In this document: piece after piece, positions 63,650-64,000 of the stretch | Layout: every line of letters begins with the position of its first letter | Position numbering within the stretch: position 1 is the stretch's first letter | Origin: Chlorokybus atmophyticus | Taxonomy: Eukaryota > Plantae > Mesostigma and Chlorokybus algae | Reading direction: 5' to 3' | Assembly (NCBI GenBank): GCA_009103225.1 | Contig: RHPI01000810.1 | Span: 186,001-250,000 of the forward strand | Length of the DNA: 64,000 bases | Notes under the pieces: model-generated | What the model was told of the DNA's origin: nothing | What the model saw: only the letters and a program-made list of their open reading frames with translations | The model's database searches: none | Program-made: the position numbers and the translations under genes

Positions 63650-64000
63650 CTATGTGTAAAGCACACTAAGGTGTGCGAGTGAGCTGTTGCGCTTCTGTTG
63701 TGTGGTGGACGAGTTGGGTGGCAATTGGGCCATGCTTGCTGTTGCCAGACCGCGCCGTAGGGCGTGGTCTGTTGCTTGCTGTGGTGCGGGGCTCCCATTG
63801 AGAAGGAAGGCGCTGAGAGCAGCCCTCGCTTGGGCATAGCTTGTACTCATTGTCAGCTTGGTGTTGACGATCAATTTATCGCCGCCTGCGGGAGGCAGCT
63901 GGTAGCGTTGAGCAATGGGGCAGAAGGTTAGCGCAGAAAGTCCCCAGTCCAGGTTGGGTGTTGTGCGCGGGAAGGCCGTTACAGAGGGCAAGCCCAGCAA
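63650..64000 (-). CDS. Possible exon of an unidentified gene entering from the right edge
   Basis: Open frame of more than 110 codons running off the window end with protein-like composition (LDWGLSALTFCPIAQRYQLP). No recognisable motif. Confidence 0.3.
   Translation of the reverse strand: MLGLPSVTAFPRTTPNLDWGLSALTFCPIAQRYQLPPAGGDKLIVNTKLTMSTSYAQARAALSAFLLNGSPAPQQATDHALRRGLATASMAQLPPNSSTTQQKRNSSLAHLSVLYT

Overview
Intron-rich eukaryotic nuclear DNA, most likely a flagellated green alga. The basis is plant-type KEA4/5/6 and TBL-like genes, plastid-type transit peptides, and the axonemal genes CCDC39 and CFAP54; the species cannot be fixed from the sequence. Thirteen spliced protein-coding genes can be reconstructed by hand: PDCD2, KEA, CCDC39, an LRR/coiled-coil gene, CFAP54, RPN6, LpxB, a class-3 lipase, PRI1, YebC/TACO1, a TBL-like esterase, a Tubby-like gene and an FAD oxidoreductase. 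A possible partial gene lies at the right edge, and there is an N gap at 50050-50734. Most ORFs in the supplied track are antisense, intronic or partial-exon artefacts. Family calls come from remembered motifs, not database searches, and gene ends are hand-spliced. The most interesting signals: (1) the palindrome GTCACGTGAC occurs in the three promoters serving cilium-related genes; (2) an approximately 0.5 kb oscillation of C/A-rich and G/T-rich blocks runs through the ciliary gene block and distorts the encoded proteins; (3) LpxB looks cyanobacterial rather than land-plant type; (4) a small dispersed fold-back repeat family and decayed ORF remnants fill 2-7.6 kb; (5) there are five GC-AG introns.
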